Assembly (NCBI RefSeq): GCF_006345805.1
Contig: NC_043016.1
Coordinates: forward strand, 32,550,001 to 32,614,000
DNA length: 64,000 nucleotides
DNA from: Octopus sinensis
Taxonomy: Eukaryota
Direction of reading: 5' to 3'
This document shows, one piece after another, positions 27,593 through 39,157 of this stretch (position 1 is the stretch's first letter; the number at the start of each line of letters is the position of its first letter). Both the position numbers and the translations under genes were made by a program. The notes beneath the pieces were generated by a model. The model worked only from the letters and a program-made list of their open reading frames with translations, had not been told where the DNA came from and did no database searches.

Positions 27593-27795
27593 CGGTTTTA
27601 TTAATTTATATTAAAATTTTATGTATTGATTAAGTCTTCCTTGTTTGGTTTTAAAATAGTGGTTTTGTCTCGAATATATTATATAATATTTTACTATAAA
27701 ATTGGATTTACCCTAAATCTGATTTTTTCCCTGTAATTTTGGATTCATTCCCTAATATTTATTATATATATATATATACACACACACAGAAACAC

Positions 27796-27837
<42 letters not shown>

Positions 27838-28169
27838 ATGGTATGTACATAATTTGATCTGTAAAACTGTTATTCCAAACTTGTTCTTTTCTCTCTCTCT
27901 TCATTTTCTGTCCTCTCCCTTTCTTTTGAAAGAGCATAGGCTGGAAACATCAAAGACTTCTTCCATTTTTCCTAAGTGTCAAACTAATACATCCTGTTTG
28001 TTGTTCCCTCACTTGTCTCTGTCTTTTGTTGTTTGTGCATTTACAATGTAATATACCATATCCTGTATTGACTAAAAGGACCCTGTTTTGGGAGCTGGTT
28101 AAGTTCCATATGGTGAGTTAAACATAGTTTCATTCCATACTTTTTAAGTGGATTAATAATAATTAAACA

Positions 28170-28683
28170 TACCGTAAATCTTCAAGTATAGTCCGCCCTT
28201 GAGTATAATACACAGAGGATTTTTAGGGAGCTGTACCTCTGAAAAACCTAAACCTTGTGTATAATACACACCCCTTCTCTAACTTGAGTCAAGGAAGTCT
28301 ATATAACATCCTTGGTTTGTAAAAATGTATACAGTAACATCCTTATTATTATTGAATATATAACATAATGCAAACGTGTAGCTTTTTTGTGCATTTTGTT
28401 TGCAAAAATAAAGAAATAACAGTAATAAAGTTTAATAAATGTTGCTTATTGCAAGTTATGGATGATTCTTTTATGACTTCATTGCTTTCAGGTTTAGCTT
28501 AAGGTATTTTCGCGTCCTACATCACAAAATGCATCTAAATAAACATTGCCGGACAGCAAATAGAGACTCGGACATTGCTTACAAAATATTTTTCATTTTC
28601 AACCTCATATATAGTATGCACTAGGGATTTTGACCTTTAAATTTTGGGGAAAAAATGCGGATTATACATGAGGATTTACAGTA
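28170..28683. mobile_element. Tc1/mariner-pogo-type MITE
   Basis: TA-ccgtaaatcttcaagtatagtccgc ... gcggattatacatgaggatttacag-TA: 25-bp imperfect TIRs (4 mismatches) with a TA duplication. Confidence 0.75.
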
Positions 28684-29884
28684 CTTTGATTTAGAATTGT
28701 ACCTTCAGTTTTCTTCATTTAATTTTCAATCTGTACAGTATGATATAATTTAAGAATTCTAAGTGGGTTTAATAAATACCAAACAGACCCGAATTTAGAA
28801 ATGTATTAATTTGAATCTGGTAAATGCAATTTAGCTCTTTACTTTTAATAGTTTTATATTTTAAGTATATATTTATGCTAACAGAAAAACCAGTGGTCCC
28901 AAGTCTGCTGGATATTTGATCTGGTACTGTAATAGAAAAAAATTTACTGGAAAAAGGGTATGGAATGGACAAGGGGTGAGGGACTGTAAAAAGAAATTTT
29001 AGTTTTTTTGAATGAAAAATTCTTCCCTGCCCTTTTCTTTCTCCATGAGGTAGTGACAGCTATTTCAGAAGTTCACTAACCATTTACTTAGAGACCAGTA
29101 TAATAGTAAGAATTTACCCATAAAAATGAAAATGGTGTTAGGACTATATTTTGAACATATGACCAGTGTGTTTGGTCATTCAGCATCTTGAGCTCGCAGC
29201 CATTTGTACCAAAGTAGTGATGCAAAAGGGCCATATAGGCTACAAATGGTCCCCAACAGTCCATAAATGCTCCATACATAAGAGTTATGAAAACGGGGAA
29301 AAAAGGATGCGCATTGACCTACAATGTTTTCTGCTATTTAGATGTATTTTTGTTTTACCTTCCTGTTATGGCCGATGACATTTTTTCTTCTATCCGTTAA
29401 GTGGGGGATGAGGGTAGGATGCATGGGAGTGCTAGGTTACAGCAACTAAGTTTTTTAGTGAAAGGTAAAAACAGCCAAAACAAGTCTAAAATAATAAACT
29501 TTTAACTTAATGATTTCAAATTTTTGCCACAAGGGCAGCTTGGGGGAGGGGATTAAGTCGATTACATCGACCTCCAGTGCATAACTGGTACTTATTTTTA
29601 TCGACCCTAAAAAGATGAAAGACAAAGCCGACTTCAGCGAAATTTGAACTCAGAATGTTAAGATGGGCAAAATGCCACTAAGCATATTGCCTAGCTTGCT
29701 AACGATTCTGCCAGCTCATTACCTTAATAATATCAATAATAATAATAATGATGTTTGGAATACTGTTGACCAGAGGTCTATTCAGTCAGGACCAGTTTAG
29801 TACTAAATAACAATAAAATGTAATGAAGAAGCTTCTATGGGGTTACTGTGCTAGAAATAGCTATTAGAAATAACAACCAGATCT

Positions 29885-30720
29885 GTGCTGGTATGGTCAT
29901 GTGGTGAGAATGGATGAGGATAGCTGTGTGAAAAAGTGCCACACCCTAACCGTTGAGGGAACCTGTGGAAGAGGTAGACCCAGGAAGACCTGAGATGAAG
30001 TGGTGAATCACGACCTTTGAACATTAGGCCTCACCAAGGAAATGACTAGAGACTGAGACCGTTGGAAATATGCTGTGCTTGAGAAGACCCGGCAAGCCAG
30101 ATGAAACCATAACCCGTGGCCTATGCCAGGAGCATAACCAGCTTGCTTATGCGTAGCTTTTCCTTCTTTGGTCACTAAACTTTGTATGCGAAGACCTGTT
30201 GAGGCAAATGAAATCAAATCAAAATCAAATTCACTTAGATGACTGGCATCCATGCTAGCGGGGTGCAAAGAGCACCATACGAGTGTGATCATTGACAGAG
30301 CGGCTTTTCGAGTATGATCGTTACCAGCATCACTTTACTGTGCTAGTAGGGTGCGAAGAACACCATTCGAGTGTGATCATTGCCAGAGCAGCTAACTGGC
30401 TTCCGAACCCGTGGCATGTAAAAGGGCACCTTTTGAGCGTAATCGTTACCAACGTCGCTTCACTGGCACCTATGCCGGTGGGCACGTGTAAAAAGATTCG
30501 AGTGAGATCATTGCCAGTGCTGCCTGACTGGCCCCCGTGCAGGTGGCACGTAAAAAGCACCCACTACACTCTCGGAGTGGTTGGCGATAGGAAGGGCATC
30601 CAGCTGTAGAAACTCTGCCAGATCAAGACTGGAACCTGGTGCAGCCATCTGGTTGCCAGCCCTCAGTCAAAACCGTCCAACCCATGCTAGCATGGAAAGC
30701 GGACATTAAATGATGATGAT
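29885..30720 (+). mobile_element. RTE LINE 3' fragment (ORF end plus UTR)
   Basis: WYGHVVRMDEDSCVKKCHTLTVEGTCGRGRPRKT matches 55752-55988; ends in the (atg)n tail. Confidence 0.85.
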
Positions 30721-31380
30721 CTCCTTCAAATTATACTCTATAATCTTAAAGAAAGGAAGGACACATTAGATAATGAATGATACAGGATGGGCATGGTGAG
30801 AACACTTTTGATCAGCTCAATAAAAACAACAACCATAACAATTACAAATGCAATTTCTACTTCTAGACAATTTATATTTAATGTCAATGATAATAAATAT
30901 TTCAGTAAAAATAAAATAAATAAATAAAATTAAAACAACTGAAATAAATTCTAATATTATAAAGTCTTATTGTGGGTCAAATAATAATGTAAACACATTT
31001 TTACAGTATTGTATAGAAGTGGGAGGAACTCTTTTGATGGACCATTTGATGGTCCATTGATTGGAGATCTACTTTGCTTCCTTATGCAACCAAGAGCATA
31101 AATCATCAGCATATGAAGTAGTCATGCATTAAGCTAGCATCATAGTGGATAACCTAATTTGCCTTTTTGTAGCTTATCATTAATTAAAAGAAAATCTATT
31201 AAAATTGGTCATATGATCGTATTGAAATTACACGCAGAAGAAAAAAAACATTAATTAATTAATTAGAGATAAAATGTTAGGTCCCTGCGGCTTATGCAGT
31301 TCAGCAAAACAAACTAATGAAATAAGAAATAGGTTTATAAAGAATAAATCCTGGGATCAACTTCTTCAACTATAAACTCT

Positions 31381-31585
31381 TTAGTCCTTTAGCATTTAAA
31401 CTGGCCATATCCGGCCCTGATATGCTACCTGTTTTATGTTCAAACTGGCCAGATCCAGCCTCTCACACCCACCCTACAATATCATTCTAAAAATATACAA
31501 TCACATCATCAAAATTTTGAAGCTAAAACAATGTGAATGAAAAAGTATTACATTTGACAGAATAATCCAAATGCTAAAGGGTTAA
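31381..31585. mobile_element. piggyBac-like MITE
   Basis: ttag-tcctttagcattt ... aaatgctaaaggg-ttaa termini; a partial right end also occurs at about 23580-23617. Confidence 0.55.
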
Positions 31586-31660
31586 TGCAGTGCTCCAGCA
31601 TGGCTGCAGTCAAATGACTGAAACAAGCAAAAGAATAAAAGAATAATTGATTAGTCTTAC

Positions 31661-31915
31661 CTTTCATACAATGTTTCCCTGTCCAGCCTTCCAAACAAAT
31701 TTTGTCCCCATTTTCATTACAGGTATTGTGCCCAAAAGAATCATTCCTGGGCCGACAGTACTTTTTGCAAGTTTTATTATAATAATTTTTATCACAGAGG
31801 ACCCGTATCCTATATTCAATGCTGGCAATAGTTCCTTTATGCGATAGTGTTTGCCAGGTTGGATCTGGTGATCTTTCACCACGATGGGTAAATATTTCAA
31901 TCAAGCTATCACTAC
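31661..31915 (-). CDS. Jag1-like: Jagged/Serrate-type Notch ligand, 255-nt exon (end of C2/MNNL plus DSL domain)
   Basis: tttgcAG|...|GTaag, phase 1-1. Encodes SDSLIEIFTHRGERSPDPTWQTLSHKGTIASIEYRIRVLCDKNYYNKTCKKYCRPRNDSFGHNTCNENGDKICLEGWTGKHCMK with the 6-Cys DSL pattern. The DSxIE, WQTL and EYxIRVxCD motifs are closer to JAG1 than to DLL1. Confidence 0.95.
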
Positions 31916-31984
31916 CTGCAAACAAAAAGTAAATCAAGATTAGTGATCATATAACTATTGGTATTGTAGTACAGTGTCACAAGT

Positions 31985-32195
31985 TTTTTTTTAAGGGAAG
32001 GTCAAGTCAATTTTATCAACCCTACAACTCAACTGGTACTCATTTTATTGGTTTCAAATTTTGGCACAAGGCCAGCAATTTCTGAGGATTGTTTACTCCA
32101 GCAGAACCTAATCTCAAAATGTAAAGATGGATGAAATGCTGCTAAGCATTATAGCTGGCATGGTAACAATTCTGCCAGCATGCTGCCTTAGCTTA

Positions 32196-32228
<33 letters not shown>

Positions 32229-32447
32229 CTTTTTTATCATAGGCACAAGGCCTGAAATTTGGGAGGAAGGGGCCAGTTGATTACATCGACCCAAGTACTC
32301 AACTGGTACTTAATTTATCGACCCAAAAGGATGAAAGGTAAAGTCGACCTCGATGGAATTTGAACTCAGAACCTAGTGAAGGGTGAAAAACTGCTAAGCA
32401 TTTCATCCAGTGTGCTAACAATTCTGCCAGCTTGCTGCCTTACCTCA

Positions 32448-32508
<61 letters not shown>

Positions 32509-32900
32509 TTAATAATTATGTATTAGACATTCACTAGTACAACACCAAAAAAAAAAAAAAAAACCCAAATATATGGCACAGAACTTCCAACCTGTTGTCT
32601 CTTGAGGTCTCTGGGTGAGACTTGGAGCCAACTTGTACAGACATAAAGCAAAAGTCAAACATAGAATAATAATAATAATAATAATCTTTTCTACTCTAGG
32701 CACAAGGCTCAAAGTTTTTGTGGAGGGTGCCAGTTAATTAGATCGACCCCCAGTATGCAACTGGTACTTAATTTATTGACCCCGAAAGGATGAAAGGCAA
32801 AGCTGATCTCGGTGGAATTTGAACTCAGAATGTAAAGATAGATGAAATATTGCTAAGCATTTCACCTGACGTGCTAACAATCCTGCCAGCTTACCACCTT
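31985..32900 (-). mobile_element. Three head-to-tail family B SINEs separated by (AAT)n
   Basis: aactggtact(t/c)a...gaactcag...gctaagcatt...ctgccagc repeated at about 31985, 32230 and 32690. Confidence 0.8.
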
Positions 32901-33084
32901 ACTTTAAATAGTAAAAATAATAACAACAACAATTTCTTTATTAACCACAAAGGGTTTACATTAAGGAAAAACATAATGGACAGTACAGTATAAAACAAAA
33001 ATGTGTCTGTATGTGTAAGGGGTTTTATGCGCAATTTTGAGCAGTTTGATTAATTTCTAATGGGTTTGATTAATTAAAATAGGC

Positions 33085-36000
33085 AGACCCCCCTGGCACC
33101 TGTGCAGGTGGCACATAAAAAGCACCCACTACACTCACTGAGTGGTTGGCGTTAGGAAGGGCATCCAGCTGTAGAAACCAAGCCAAATCAGACTGGAACC
33201 TGGTGCAGCTCTCCAGCTTGCCACCTCTAGCACTCAGCACACACTATAAAGTGGTTGGCACTAGGAAGGGCATCCAGCTGTAGAAACCAAGCCAAATCAG
33301 ACTGGAACCTTGTGCAGCTCTCAACCTTGCCACCTCTAGCACTCAGCACACACTATAAAGTGGTTGGCACTAGGAAGGGCATCCAGCTGTAGAAACCAAG
33401 CCAAATCAGATTGGAACCTAGTGCAGCTCTCCAGCTTACCACCTCTAGCACTCAGCACACACTGTAAAGTGGTTGGCACTAGGAAGGGCATCAAGCTGTA
33501 GAAACCAAGCCAAATCAGATTGGAACCTGGTGCAGCTCTCCAGCTTTCTAACTCTAGCACTCAGCACACACTATAAAGTGGTTGGCACTAGGAAGGGCAT
33601 CCAGCTGTAGAAACCAAGCCAAATCAGATTGGAACCTGGTGCAGCTCTCAACCTTGCCACCTCTAGCACTCAGCACACACTATAAAGTGGTTGGCACTAG
33701 GAAGGGCATCCAGCTGTAGAAACCAAGCCAAATCAGATTGGAACCTGGTGCAGTTCTCCAGCTTTCTAACTCTAGCACTCAGCACACACTATAAAGTGGT
33801 TGGCACTAGGAAGGGCATCCAGCTGTAGAAACCAAGCCAAATCAGATTGGAACCTGGTGCAGCTCTCCAGCTTTCTAACTCTAGCACTCAGCACACACTA
33901 TAAAGTGGTTGGCACTAGGAAGGGCATCCAGCTGTAGAAACCAAGCCAAATCAGATTGGAACCTGGTGCAGCTCTCCAGCTTTCTAACTCTAGCACTCAG
34001 CACACACTATAAAGTGGTTGGCACTAGGAAGGGCATCCAGCTGTAGAAACCAAGCCAAATCAGATTGGAACCTGGTGCAGCTCTCCAGCTTTCTAACTCT
34101 AGCACTCAGCACACACTATAAAGTGGTTGGCACTAGGAAGGGCATCCAGCTGTAGAAACCAAGCCAAATCAGATTGGAACCTGGTGCAGCTCTCCAGCTT
34201 TCTAACTCTAGCACTCAGCACACACTATAAAGTGGTTGGCACTAGGAAGGCATCCAGCTGTAGAAACCAAGCCAAATCAGATTGGAACCTGGTGCAGCTC
34301 TCCAGCTTTCTAACTCTAGCACTCAGCACCACTATAAAGTGGTTGGCACTAGGAAGGGCATCCAGCTGTAGAAACCAAGCCAAATCAGATTGGAACCTGG
34401 GCAGCTCTCCAGCTTTCTAACTCTAGCACTCAGCACACACTATAAAGTGGTTGGCACTAGGAAGGGCATCCAGCTGTAGAAACCAAGCCAATCAGATTGG
34501 AACCTGGTGCAGCTCTCCAGCTTTCTAACTCTAGCACTCAGCACACACTATAAAGGTTGGCACTAGAAGGGCATCCAGAGTGTGTAGAAACCAAGCCAAT
34601 CAGACTGGAACCTGGTGCAGCTCTCCAGCTTGCCACCTCTAGCACTCAGCACACACTATAAAGTGGTTGGCACTAGGAAGGGCATCCAGCTGGTAGAAAC
34701 CAAGCCAAATCAGACTGGAAACTTGTGCAGCTCTCAACCTTGCCACCTCTAGCACTCAGCACACACTATAAAGTGTTGGCACTAGGAAGGGCATCCAGCT
34801 GTAGAACCAAGCCAAATCAGATTGGAACCTAGTGCAGCTCTCCAGCTTACCACCTCTAGCACTCAGCACACACTGTAAAGTGGTTGGCACTAGGAAGGGC
34901 ATCAAGCTGTAGAAACCAAGCCAAATCAGATTGGAACCTGGTGCAGCTCTCCAGCTTTCTAACTCTAGCACTCAGCACACACTATAAAGTGGTTGGCACT
35001 AGGAAGGGCATCCAGCTGTAGAAACCAAGCCAAATCAGATTGGAACCTGGTGCAGCTCTCAACCTTGCCACCTCTAGCACTCAGCACACACTATAAAGTG
35101 GTTGGCACTAGGAAGGGCATCCAGCTGTAGAAACCAAGCCAAATCAGATTGGAACCTGGTGCAGTTCTCCAGCTTTCTAACTCTAGCACTCAGCCACACT
35201 ATAAAGTGGTTGGCACTAGGAAGGGCATCCAGCTGTAGAAACCAAGCCAAATCAGATTGGAACCTGGTGCAGCTCTCCAGCTTTCTAACTCTAGCACTCA
35301 GCACACACTATAAAGTGGTTGGCACTAGGAAGGGCATCCAGCTGTAGAAACCAAGCCAAATCAGATTGGAACCTGGTGCAGTTCTCCAGCTTTCTAACTC
35401 TAGCACTCAGCACACACTATAAAGTGGTTGGCACTAGGAAGGCATCCAGCTGTAGAAACCAAGCCAAATCAGATTGGAACCTGGTGCAGCTCTCAACCTT
35501 GCCACCTCTAGCACTCAGCACACACTATAAAGTGGTTGGCACTAGGAAGGGCATCCAGCTGTAGAAACCAAGCCAAATCAGATTGGAACCTGGTGCAGTT
35601 CTCCAGCTTTCTAACTCTAGCACTCAGCACACACTATAAAGTGGTTGGCACTAGGAAGGGCATCCAGCTGTAGAAACCAAGCCAAATCAGATTGGAACCT
35701 GGTGCAGCTCTCAACCTTGCCACCTCTAGCACTCAGTACACACTGTAAAGTGGTTGGCACTAGGAAGGGCATCAAGCTGTAGAAACCAAGCCAAATCAGA
35801 TTGGAACCTGGTGCAGCTCTCCAGCTTGCCACCTCTAGCACTCAGCACACACTATAAAGTGGTTGGCACTAGGAAGGGCATCCAGCTGTAGAAACCAAGC
35901 CAAATCAGATTGGAACCTGGTGCAGCTCTCCAGCTTGCCACCTCTAGCACTCAGTACACACTATAAAGTGGTTGGCACTAGGAAGGGCATCCAGCTGTAG

Positions 36001-36121
36001 AAACCAAGCCAAATCAGACTGGAACCTGGTGCAGCCCTGGCTTCCCAGATCCCTGTCGAACCGTCCAACCCGTGCTAGCACGGAAAACGGACGTTAAACG
36101 ATGATGATGATGATGATGATG
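33085..36121 (+). repeat. RTE 3' UTR copy expanded by a 109-bp minisatellite (about 26 units, about 33135-36035)
   Basis: ctctag recurs at 33225, 33334, 33443 ... 35942. Intact UTR sequence lies before it (ggcacataaaaagcacccac) and after it (...aaacggacgttaaac(gat)n). Confidence 0.95.
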
Positions 36122-36506
36122 AAAGATTAACATAATGAAGAAGGAAAAAAAAACAATATGAAATCCTCAATAGGGAGATGTTTGAATGCCGTTCATGGAA
36201 AAACCCCATAAAAATCATGGGTACTCTGCCTAGTACCTACAGTAGAAAAGAATAATAATCTTTTCTACTGGAGACACAAGGACTCAAATTTGGAGGGAGG
36301 GGACAAGTTGGTTACATTGACCTCCAGTGTTTCCCTGGTACTTAAATTGTCAATCCTGAAAGGAAGAAAGACAAAGATGACCTTGGAGGAATTTGAACTC
36401 AGAACGTAGTAATGGGCGAAATATTGCTAAGCATTTCATCCAGTGTGCTAATGATTCTGCCAACTCGCTGCCTAATTAATAATAATAATAATCCTTTCTA
36501 CTATAT

Positions 36507-36920
36507 AGGCGCAGGAGTGGCTGTGTGGTGAGTAGCTTGCTAACCAACCACATGGTTGCGGGTTCAGTCCCACTGCGTGGCACCTTGGGCAAGTGTCTTC
36601 TGCTATAGCCCCGGGCTGACCAATGCCTTGTGAGTGGATTTGGTAGACGGAAACTGAAAGAAGCCTGTCGTATATATGTATATATATATTATATATATAT
36701 GTGTGTGTGTTTGTGTGTCTGTGTTTGTCCCCCTAGCATTGCTTGACAACCGATGCTGGTGTGTTTACCTCCCCGTCACTTAGCGGTTCAGCAAAGAAAG
36801 AGACGATAGAATAAGTACTGGCTTACAAAGAATAAGTCCCGGGTCGATTTGCTCGACTAAAGGCCGTGCTCCAGCATGGCTGCAGTCAAATGACTGAAAC
36901 AAGTAAAAGAGTAAAAGAGT
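36507..36920 (+). mobile_element. SINE family A, young full-length copy
   Basis: ggcgcaggagtggctgtgtgg...gtaaaagagtaaaagagt. Confidence 0.85.
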
Positions 36921-37156
36921 ATAGGCACAAGGCCTGAAATTTTGAAGGAGAGAGTTAAGTTGATTACATCAACCCCAGTACTCAACTGGTACTTTACTTT
37001 ATCGAAAGGATGAAAGGCAAAGTTGATCTCAATGGAATTTGAACTCAGAACGTAAAGATGGACAAAATGCTGCTAAGCATTTTGCCTGGCATGCTAACGA
37101 TTCTGCCAGCTTGCCATCTAATAACAACAACAACAACAATAATAATAATGATGATG

Positions 37157-37223
<67 letters not shown>

Positions 37224-37677
37224 TAATAATAATTCCTTTTATTAGCTACAAGGGCATAGAGAAGGGATACATTAGAAGGGCGGTCAACAATTTGTGTGGC
37301 AATTTACTTAAAGGATGGGTAGAAAGAAATGGTAAAGACTGGGAAATGTGATAAAAGTAGTATGCATAATACAAAGTATATTATAACATGAATAATGCTC
37401 ATCCTGATACAGGAGAAACTCCAGCTAGGGCCAATCAAATGAACTCCACAGATCCAAGATTACCCTGACTACCAAAATGATGAGCCATCTCCCAACTGTT
37501 GCTTTTCAATCTATAGGTGAATACTTTAGAGCAGCGTTTCTCAACCAGGGTACCCCGAGAAAGAGTGAGATAAGCTAATGCTAATTTCATGATTGTAATA
37601 TTACTATACATGCACAACATATTGGTTATTATAATATAAACATCATCCTATCTAACCTATTATGTTATCAAAAAAAT

Positions 37678-38095
37678 TGGCACAGGAGTGGCTGTGTGGT
37701 AAGTAGCTTGCTTAACAACCACATGGTTCCGAATTCATTCCCACTGCATGGCACCTTGGGCAAGTATCTTCTACTATAGCCTAGGGCCAACCAAAGCCTT
37801 GTGAGTAGATTTGGCAGAAGGAGACTGAAAGAAGCCCGTCGTATATATCTATATATATATATACATCTGTGTGTATGTGTGTGAGTATATGTTTGTGTCT
37901 GTGTTTGTCCCCAACAACATGACTTGAAAACCAATGGTGGTGTATTTACATCCCTGTAACTTAGTGGTTCGGCAAAAGATACTAATAGAATAAGTACTAG
38001 GCTTCCATAGAATAAGTCCTGGGGTTGATTTGCTCAACTAAAGGTGGTGCTCCAGCATGGTCACAGTCAAATGACTGAAACAAGTGAAAGAAGAA
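37678..38095 (+). mobile_element. SINE family A copy
   Basis: Same architecture. Confidence 0.8.
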
Positions 38096-38151
38096 AGAGA
38101 AAACCATATATATATAATATATATATATATAATATAAATATATATATATAT

Positions 38152-38207
<56 letters not shown>

Positions 38208-38364
38208 GTATATTATATGTTTATCACATGAACTATGATGAAAAAATGAGAAAGATAAGGTGTATAATTTTTTTTATGCAGGGGTTTCTTGAGAGACATA
38301 ATTTATTTTAAGGTTATACAGCGGTAAAAAAGGTTGGCCTTTCATCCAAGCCATTTTGTGCCAG

Positions 38365-38464
38365 NNNNNNNNNNNNNNNNNNNNNNNNNNNNNNNNNNNN
38401 NNNNNNNNNNNNNNNNNNNNNNNNNNNNNNNNNNNNNNNNNNNNNNNNNNNNNNNNNNNNNNNN
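38365..38464. other. Assembly gap (100 N)
   Basis: Run of exactly 100 N. Confidence 1.
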
Positions 38465-38547
38465 ATAAAGTTCTGACTATTTAAGGAATATTGGATGTTT
38501 TATAAGGGGCGAGAAAAAATCTACTTAGAGACATGTGTGTGTATACT

Positions 38548-39116
38548 GTTCTATATATGTGTGTGCTGGCGTAGGGGTAGAAAACATTTTTTGTGTACGT
38601 GTGTGCGTTTGATCGCTCGGCTGTCAGTGGCTAAGCCGCTCTCCACAATGGCTACTGCAGTAAGAACCGTTGGGTGGCAGAAAAAAATATATATTATGTT
38701 TTATGTGTGTGTGTGTTCGTCTGAGCCTGCCTTGTCAAGGTAACCCCCCGTTGTCAAAAAACCAAGCCCCGTTTATCTTACAGGAGTAATTCCCCTTGCA
38801 GTGGTCAATCGTAAATATCTTAAAGGCTATTTCAGAATTGTTCTATATATGTGTGTGCTGGCGTAGGGGTAGAAAACATTTTTTGTGTACGTGTGTGCGT
38901 TTGATCGCTCGGCTGTCAGTGGCTAATGGCTACTGCAGTAAGAACCGTTGGGTGGCAGAAAAAAATATATATTATGTTTTATGTGTGTGTGTGTTCGTCT
39001 GAGCCTGCCTTGTCAAGGTAACCCCCCGTTGTCAAAAAACCAAGCCCCGTTTATCTTACAGGAGTAATTCCCCTTGCAGTGGTTAATCGTAAATATCTTA
39101 AAGGCTATTTCAGAAT
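38548..39116 (-). repeat. Two tandem ~280-290-bp direct repeats at the 3' end of the Penelope-like element (pseudo-LTRs)
   Basis: ttctatatatgtgtgtgctggcgtagggg...ggctatttcagaatt occurs at 38548-38838 and 38840-39116. The second copy lacks a short segment (about 14 nt) containing gccgctctccacaa. Confidence 0.85.
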
Positions 39117-39157
39117 TTGTTACCAAGGGCTATGGGTGCCGGTATTATTTATAAACG

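Larger units (their letters stand above)
27368..27674. repeat. ~307-bp near-perfect palindrome centred at 27520/27521 (Penelope-type)
   Basis: ttcgagacaaaaccactattt...cagtatcaaa|ttttgatactg...aaatagtggttttgtctcgaa. The adjacent 27700-27755 segment is the reverse complement of sequence at 2346-2430, so it belongs to the same family. Confidence 0.95.

Noticed and set aside
33135-36035. Regular arrays as possible CRISPR
   Set aside because: Units are contiguous with no unique spacers, the context is eukaryotic and there are no cas genes. The same applies to the 26-bp and 61/62-bp arrays.
37531-38340. Possible hAT MITE starting cagcgtttctcaacc
   Set aside because: Only one plausible TIR is seen; the other end is unclear next to the gap and no 8-bp TSD could be verified.
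38548-39116. Expected hammerhead or SECIS in the PLE pseudo-LTRs
   Set aside because: I could not find a convincing core with paired stems by eye; this needs a covariance-model search.
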